DNA of 64,000 bases from Pseudobdellovibrionaceae bacterium (GTDB lineage: Bacteria; Bdellovibrionota; Bdellovibrionia; Bdellovibrionales; UBA1609). The DNA is taken from contig JAMLIO010000001.1 in NCBI GenBank assembly GCA_023954155.1, positions 437,322 to 501,321 of the forward strand. Reading direction: 5' to 3'. The position numbers and the translations under genes are program-made. This document shows positions 59,118 through 64,000 of the stretch, piece after piece; position 1 is the first letter of the stretch; every line of letters begins with the position of its first letter. The notes beneath the pieces are model-generated. The model did no database searches. It was not told the DNA's origin and was given only the letters and a program-made list of their open reading frames with translations.

Positions 59118-59193
59118 TTACACTGAGCCTTCAAAAATATATTGGATAGTAGCGAAGAATACTAAATATTTATGAATTTTTATATAGTAATGA

Positions 59194-59388
59194 CTATTCA
59201 AAATCAATCAGTTTTTTGATTGGGACATATAGGGTGTTGGCTATTCTGGCTAAAGTAAACACCTCAGGACTAGTTAAGCCGTTTTCAATTTTACTTATTG
59301 TGCCCCTAGAAAATCCAGCTTCCAAGCAAAGCCTGTCCTGACTATAGCCCTTTTGTTTGCGAACCTTCGAAATATGTGCGCCTAATTT
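59194..59388 (-). pseudogene. XRE-family HTH gene lacking its start codon (5' end removed at repeat copy c)
   Basis: Not in the track. The reverse frame reads KLGAHISKVRKQKGYSQDRLCLEAGFSRGTISKIENGLTSPEVFTLARIANTLYVPIKKLIDFE*. The codon before the first K is a TAA formed by the repeat edge, and no in-frame start precedes the HTH. Confidence 0.7.
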
Positions 59389-59510
59389 TTAACAGCCCTC
59401 TTCTGGCAAAAAAGCCGAAAAACTAGCCAAAGGACCTAGGAAAACCTTCTGATAATTAACGCTTATGTTTTGACCTGGACTTAAAAAGGGCGTTTGTTTT
59501 TCCTATACTC
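59389..59510 (+). repeat. 122-bp IS91 terminal module, solo copy c
   Basis: Identical to the other three copies and in the same orientation. Confidence 0.95.
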
Positions 59511-59632
59511 AAGGTAGAACTCGAAAGCCCAAAGCCAACACAACCATGAGGTGTGATCCTTTTAAAAGGTAGAATAAAAAATTTGACAGCGACTTTTAAA
59601 AAATTTTGGTTAAAAAAGGGAGAAAATTTAAT

Positions 59633-60061
59633 ATGTTAAATTTGAGGCAACACATATTCGTTAGTAATTATTTGGTTTCATTCAATGCAACAGATTCCTA
59701 TAGAAAGGCTTACTCAACTGCGAATTTACGAACTGCTGAAGTGAATGGGGCCCGATTGCTGAGAAATGCTGAGGTTAAAGCGGAAATTAACAAAGAAAAG
59801 GCCCTTTGTATTAAAAGAAATCGTTTGGAAGTGGATTGGGTCATTAGTAGACTTATGATGATTGCAGATACCCCGATGTTCTTCGGAATCAATTTATCAG
59901 AAGATAATCTGTTGGACTATTTTTGGAAAAACCTATCTGGCGTGAAAAAGTTCAGGTACAGAAAAAAGGGCAATTTCTTACACTTTAAAGTTGAAATGCA
60001 GGATAAAATTGAAGCACTAAGTTTGCTTGGTCGATATTTGGTGCTAAGGGATTTGAGGTAA
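59633..60061 (+). CDS. phage terminase small subunit-like protein (Terminase_2/P27 type)
   Basis: LRQHIFVSNYLVSFNATDSYRKAYSTANLRTAEVNGARLLRNAEVKAEI matches the conserved N-terminal HTH of the P27-family TerS. The ATG at 59633 follows a gggaga RBS. No large terminase gene lies nearby. Confidence 0.7.
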   Translation: MLNLRQHIFVSNYLVSFNATDSYRKAYSTANLRTAEVNGARLLRNAEVKAEINKEKALCIKRNRLEVDWVISRLMMIADTPMFFGINLSEDNLLDYFWKNLSGVKKFRYRKKGNFLHFKVEMQDKIEALSLLGRYLVLRDLR

Positions 60062-60189
60062 TCCGCAATGATAATATTTTATATTTTAACCATCGGTTCA
60101 AATATAAAATATTGCCATATAATAAATTAAGAGCTCATCTGTTTAGCAATTAGAGTCTCTACATTTTTCAAACCATGATTTTTATCTTT

Positions 60190-60438
60190 TTAATAACTTG
60201 ATTGATACACATTGCTCTGCTCTGTCCTACAATCGTAACCAGAACACACTTGCCTTGGCGTATGGTCTTCGTGCTGGTCTTTGGGCAAATGAGAATTGTA
60301 TTCGTCGTTGATATTACCCCCATATTCCTGACCACAGCCCCATTCGCTACATACTTCGATTATGATGTCCCCGTCTTGGAACGCATTTGCATTCGCTTGT
60401 ACTATTAAAAATGTAAATAAAACTAATATTTGTTTCAT
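60190..60438 (-). CDS. small secreted cysteine-motif protein (82 aa)
   Basis: Signal peptide (...VQANANA), then two similar motifs, CSEWGC and CSGYDC. Confidence 0.45.
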   Translation of the reverse strand: MKQILVLFTFLIVQANANAFQDGDIIIEVCSEWGCGQEYGGNINDEYNSHLPKDQHEDHTPRQVCSGYDCRTEQSNVYQSSY

Positions 60439-60494
60439 ACTTTATCCTTTGAAATTCTTAAATAATTCGAATTGGTTCATTAAAGTTTACGTTA

Positions 60495-60971
60495 CTATGC
60501 AATATCACTTAATTTTTCATGAGATCTAGCTGTATTGAGGAAGTATTCTTGAAGTTGAACAAGTTTGTTGCCTATATGATCGCAAGCTACTGATCGTTCA
60601 AAGTCATTTTGCAATTTAAAGGTTAATGAACGGGATTCCATTCTTTTGATTAAGTTAGCTAAATTATAGGCATTATAAACATTTCCAACATTTTGAATAG
60701 TTAGGATTGTACCTACACCAAAGATAAAACAACCTAAGCCGCTTGCAAGTCCTTCAAAATAGAATATTGATCCTGTTGAAGCCAAATAAACTAGTGTGGC
60801 TACTATAAAAACATGGGCATCTTTTGGATCTGATATAGCGTCTTGAAGGCCATTAGGTTTAACTTTAAGAACGTCGTTACTGACTATTGCTTGTCCAAAT
60901 AATAGATCGGTTTTCGAGCGTCTAAAAATTATTCCAATGGCAATAACAGAAGCAAAAAATAAAACATACAT
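60495..60971 (-). CDS. hypothetical membrane protein (158 aa)
   Basis: Three or four TM helices plus a C-terminal soluble tail. It lies immediately upstream of the Cys-motif peptide on the same strand. Confidence 0.45.
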   Translation of the reverse strand: MYVLFFASVIAIGIIFRRSKTDLLFGQAIVSNDVLKVKPNGLQDAISDPKDAHVFIVATLVYLASTGSIFYFEGLASGLGCFIFGVGTILTIQNVGNVYNAYNLANLIKRMESRSLTFKLQNDFERSVACDHIGNKLVQLQEYFLNTARSHEKLSDIA

Positions 60972-61245
60972 AAAGTCCCCCGCGTGAGTTATACAATTGC
61001 AACAAGTTCGCCAAACCAGATCCTATATAACCTCTTTGACTGTCCAAAAATTTAATAAATGACCTAACAATATGCAGATTTCTACATAGCCACTGGTTTT
61101 TAGCCGGCATAGAAACTCGACCATAAACATCTGAAATAGCTAAACTTTTTAATTTAAAACGTCATTCGTATTGTTGTGATACGAAATTTAGTTGACAAAA
61201 GATTACAAAAGTTGCTAATAGCCAGTCTGGATGGTACAATAAAGT

Positions 61246-62370
61246 ATGGATAAAAGATTAAATACTACGCTTATCGAAGACCGAATGCTCGAGGAAGGGT
61301 TATCGCAAACTGACCTTGCAAGCAAAATTGGTGTGACTAGGACGTGCATATCGTCTTGGCTTAAACCGGAAAAGATGCCACGTCCAAGGCATATCCTAAA
61401 ATTAAGTGAGATATTGAATCTGACATTCAAAGAGATTTTAATTACTAATCAAGCTAGGCCCCAAGTTGCATTTCGGAAAAGTGGTAATTATAAGATTACG
61501 GACAGTCATAGGCAGAAGTTTGAGTATACGACAACACTGCTATCAAAATTAACTAAATATTTGCCATTTGAACCACTATTTTCGGCACCCTCTTTTATAG
61601 ATCCAAAAGTAGATTATATCTATATCCAAAAGGTGGCTCAGAGTATCCGTAATAAATTCCATATATCTAACAGTATTATTGAAAATGAAAAATTGGTTGA
61701 AATCTTCAGGAATATCCAGGCAGTACTGGTGCCGGTTATGTGGGGAAGAAAACACTATAAAATGGCAACCCATATTTATTTGCCGGATAGCCAAACCACA
61801 TGGGTTTTCGCTAATATCAATGCTAATATTTATGATTTCAAGTTTTGGTTATCCCATGAATTGGGTCATGCTTGTGCTCCGAATTTATTAGACCAGGAAG
61901 GCGAGGACTTCGCTGATTCTTTTGCTGGTGAATTACTTTTCCCTTCAACTGAAGCAAAGATTGCTTATGAAAAAATTATTTCTAATTCAGATAAGGATGA
62001 AAAAGTAAGGGTTATTCAAACAATAGCCAAGGACTTTAAGATCTCACCGATTACAATTTATAAACAGATAGAAAAGTATATTAAACATAACGATTTTGAA
62101 ACTTTAGGCCTTGAAAAAATTATTTACAGATACAGTCAGGCTTTCAATAGTGCGAGTTCTGTAAGTGAGTTGCTTTTCCAGTCTGAACAGCCTGATGTAA
62201 AGGTGTATATTAAGGAATCACAGGATTATTTTAAAACAGATTTTTTTAAGATTTTGAGAAATTATATTACAGAGAATGATGCTGACCCTAAATTCGTAGC
62301 TAATCTCATGGACATCCCATTAAGCGATGCATATGCAATATTTGAAGAAATTAGCGTTGCTAAGGCTTAG
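61246..62370 (+). CDS. XRE HTH fused to an ImmA/IrrE (COG2856) zinc metallopeptidase domain
   Basis: 374 aa with an N-terminal HTH (GLSQTDLASKIGVTRTCISSWLK), the motif SHELGHAC (HEXXH) and DFADSFAGELLFP, typical of ImmA/IrrE. Confidence 0.8.
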   Translation: MDKRLNTTLIEDRMLEEGLSQTDLASKIGVTRTCISSWLKPEKMPRPRHILKLSEILNLTFKEILITNQARPQVAFRKSGNYKITDSHRQKFEYTTTLLSKLTKYLPFEPLFSAPSFIDPKVDYIYIQKVAQSIRNKFHISNSIIENEKLVEIFRNIQAVLVPVMWGRKHYKMATHIYLPDSQTTWVFANINANIYDFKFWLSHELGHACAPNLLDQEGEDFADSFAGELLFPSTEAKIAYEKIISNSDKDEKVRVIQTIAKDFKISPITIYKQIEKYIKHNDFETLGLEKIIYRYSQAFNSASSVSELLFQSEQPDVKVYIKESQDYFKTDFFKILRNYITENDADPKFVANLMDIPLSDAYAIFEEISVAKA

Positions 62371-62372
62371 TG

Positions 62373-62936
62373 ATGAAGCAGCAGAAGTTTTTAGTTGATT
62401 CAAATGTTTATTTCCGACTAGCTCAATCAATTCATCCACTGCTTTGTAACCCAATGGGCCCAAATAGGATTACTCTTTATATTATATCTGAGTTTGAATT
62501 AGAGTATTTTCGAGGCGCAGAGCTTCAGAATAAATTTGGATGGGTTGAATCCGAAGATTATGCCTTAAATCGTAGAAAATTTATCCCTCTCAGTAAAAAA
62601 CAAAAATTTCGTAGGGAGAATGCAATCGATGCTATGGCGGATACATCTTCAGAAATGCGGCTTACAACTGGACTCGCTGATATCAAGGCTTTAGCTCACG
62701 CTTATGCTGCTGAAATTACCATTCTTACTGATGATTCAGATCTCATAAAACTCGCACTTGAGTTTGAGGTTAAATTTTTGAAATTAGCCCAATTCCTCAA
62801 ACTGTTAGTCGATGAAGGTATTCTGCAAATTGGCAGAGTGAGAGAGATATATAATTATTTAGAAGAAATGAAAGATTTCCCGAAAAATTTCGAATCTGAT
62901 TGTAAAGCAATTTTTGGAGTAGGTTGGAATAGCTAA
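62373..62936 (+). CDS. PIN-like nuclease candidate (DUF4411-like)
   Basis: The start overlaps the ImmA stop (TAGTGATG). FLVDSNVYF at the N-terminus and ILTDDSDL near the C-terminus sit where PIN-fold acidic residues are expected. This family partners with COG2856, as I recall from comparative TA surveys. Confidence 0.55.
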   Translation: MKQQKFLVDSNVYFRLAQSIHPLLCNPMGPNRITLYIISEFELEYFRGAELQNKFGWVESEDYALNRRKFIPLSKKQKFRRENAIDAMADTSSEMRLTTGLADIKALAHAYAAEITILTDDSDLIKLALEFEVKFLKLAQFLKLLVDEGILQIGRVREIYNYLEEMKDFPKNFESDCKAIFGVGWNS

Positions 62937-62942
62937 ATATTT

Positions 62943-63272
62943 CTAATTGTTGAATTCCATAAGTGGAAACGCAATGTTGTCCGGATCTTGTCGCTTCGGC
63001 GGTTCTTTCTTCCATACGATTTCAGATAGCCAATATTCTACTGTGGAATAGCCGAGTTCAATATCTTTGCCAAAACCAACAATATGATATCCGCCGTCTG
63101 CGGAAACGCCATTGAAACCGTCAAAAGATTTGGCCCTATCCCAAAGGTAGTCTTTCTCGAATATTTTCTTTCCATGGCGGTTTTTTACTAAAAAGTTGAT
63201 ACGATATTTTTGGACTTTTTCAGTGACACAAGTTTTGTCGTTAAACATACAGGGCTGCTTGGACATTCTCAC
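62943..63272 (-). CDS. hypothetical protein (109 aa)
   Basis: Open frame with plausible coding composition. I recognise no family. Confidence 0.4.
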   Translation of the reverse strand: MRMSKQPCMFNDKTCVTEKVQKYRINFLVKNRHGKKIFEKDYLWDRAKSFDGFNGVSADGGYHIVGFGKDIELGYSTVEYWLSEIVWKKEPPKRQDPDNIAFPLMEFNN

Positions 63273-63307
63273 TTTGGCTAAAGTTCCCCAGCCTACTGAA
63301 CATATGC

Positions 63308-63429
63308 TTAACAGCCCTCTTCTGGCAAAAAAGCCGAAAAACTAGCCAAAGGACCTAGGAAAACCTTCTGATAATTAACGCTTATGTTTTGACCTGGACT
63401 TAAAAAGGGCGTTTGTTTTTCCTATACTC
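63308..63429 (+). repeat. 122-bp IS91 terminal module, solo copy d
   Basis: Identical to the other three copies. It marks the return to higher-GC sequence carrying the lipocalin gene. Confidence 0.95.
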
Positions 63430-63497
63430 CAGTCCTGTAAGCTCAACAACTTGCCTTAGCGAATACGACATAAACCGAGGCTATATTAAGCCACCAT

Positions 63498-63523
63498 ATT
63501 TGTATAGAAAAATCTATACAAAA
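63498..63523. promoter_or_regulatory. perfect 10-bp inverted repeat (candidate operator) upstream of blc
   Basis: ATTTGTATAG-aaaaat-CTATACAAAT, about 50 nt upstream of the blc ATG. Confidence 0.3.
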
Positions 63524-63571
63524 TAAAAGGCAAAGAGTAGTCTCGGTGAGATGAATGAATAAGGAGGATTT

Positions 63572-64000
63572 ATGAGAAAAATTGCTTTGTTTATTGTTTC
63601 CTTATTGAGCTTTTCTTTTCCCGCACTTGCTTCGCCTTCAGATCCCGAGGTTGTCCCTAGCGTTGATTTCCAGCGTTATCAGGGCCTTTGGTTTGAGGTC
63701 GCCCACAGCCCCAACTTCTTTCAACGAAAATGCGAGCGATCCACTGCCGAATATGGCTTACAAAAAGATGGGACCATTTCTGTTCTCAACACCTGCTACA
63801 AAGACGATAAAGCCATCAGTACCATTCGAGGTTCCGCTTGGGCTCCAAACCCAAAAGAGCCAGGTAAGCTTGTTGTGGACTTCGGCTTTTTTCGTAAGGG
63901 AGATTACTGGATTGTAAAACTCGACACCGATTACCAGTGGGTGGTTGTCAGCGGTCCCGCCAAAGCCTCTATTTTCATTTTGTCCCGTGAGGCACCCATG
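63572..64000 (+). CDS. blc: bacterial lipocalin (Blc-like), 3' end beyond the window
   Basis: Not in the track because the window contains no stop. The ATG at 63572 follows an aaggagg RBS. The product reads MRKIALFIVSLLSFSFPALA...VDFQRYQGLWFEVAHSPNFFQRKC...GKLVVDF...DYWIV, matching lipocalin motifs. Confidence 0.85.
   Translation, partial: MRKIALFIVSLLSFSFPALASPSDPEVVPSVDFQRYQGLWFEVAHSPNFFQRKCERSTAEYGLQKDGTISVLNTCYKDDKAISTIRGSAWAPNPKEPGKLVVDFGFFRKGDYWIVKLDTDYQWVVVSGPAKASIFILSREAPM

Noticed and set aside
51240-63429. Possibility that the four 122-bp repeats are integron attC sites (VCR-like length, ends that can pair, an AACAAACGCC-like stretch on the reverse strand) bounding gene cassettes.
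   Set aside because: There is no intI gene or attI in the window. The segments are 2-6 kb and contain several genes on both strands. Genes are truncated at the repeat edges. The repeat does not end in a GTTRRRY core. One copy is physically the terminus of an IS91-family transposase element. Rolling-circle ends explain the data better.
49429-63429. Possibility that the repeated sequences form a CRISPR array.
   Set aside because: The 50-bp units are directly adjacent with no spacer. The 122-bp units are separated by kilobases of coding DNA. There are no cas genes.
1-64000. Search by eye for tRNA, rRNA or tmRNA genes (T-loop GGTTCGAATCC-like motifs, rRNA-like conserved blocks) in the intergenic regions.
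   Set aside because: I recognised none. A tRNAscan/Infernal run would be needed to be sure.

Overview
The window is about 40-45% GC and has two parts. It may come from a Bdellovibrio/Bacteriovorax-like organism; I infer this only from gene content, chiefly the many orphan secreted proteins and lipoproteins.

Part A (1-48.2 kb) looks like ordinary chromosome:
- glnB-glnA with a sigma54-like promoter, trmL and secA.
- A complete caa3-type cytochrome c oxidase locus: cytochrome c, SCO1, ctaC, ctaD, ctaE, ctaF and ctaB.
- maiA and a FAH-family hydrolase, an RRM RNA-binding protein, and the methylcitrate genes prpD-prpB-prpC.
- hsp20 with a sigma32-like promoter, a FecCD-type (hmuTUV-like) ABC importer, TauE/DUF1634, trkH-trkA, pip and frmB.
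- A block of orphan secreted proteins, a large signal-peptide-bearing nucleotidyltransferase fusion, a PQQ sugar dehydrogenase, nrdJ, a small TA-like pair and a CPA1 antiporter.

Part B (48.2-63.4 kb) is an accessory mosaic:
- An IS3-family element with a -1 frameshift site and a perfect internal 50-bp tandem duplication cuts off the antiporter 3' end. It has no detectable target-site duplication.
- An IS91-family (HUH/Y2, rolling-circle) transposase gene follows directly.
- The last 122 bp downstream of that transposase recur three more times. All four copies are identical and in the same orientation (51240, 57243, 59389, 63308).
- Each solo copy sits on a sharp junction. One removes the 3' end of a PAP2 phosphatase gene exactly at its PSGH motif. 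Another removes the start codon of an XRE gene.
- The copies bracket three cargo segments. The first is a DsbD-TlpA-DUF4266-DUF3570-ApbE redox cluster. The second is an AT-rich segment of orphan genes. The third is an AT-rich phage-like segment with an orphan small terminase and a translationally coupled XRE-ImmA/IrrE peptidase plus PIN-like gene pair.

I consider this array of rolling-circle ends with cargo the most unusual structure in the window.

Other items worth a second look are a 166-nt nested long hairpin after prpC, the secreted PolB-NTase/NadD-like fusion, and an ApbE-type flavinylation-like motif in the DUF3570 protein.

I recognised no rRNA, tRNA or CRISPR array by eye.
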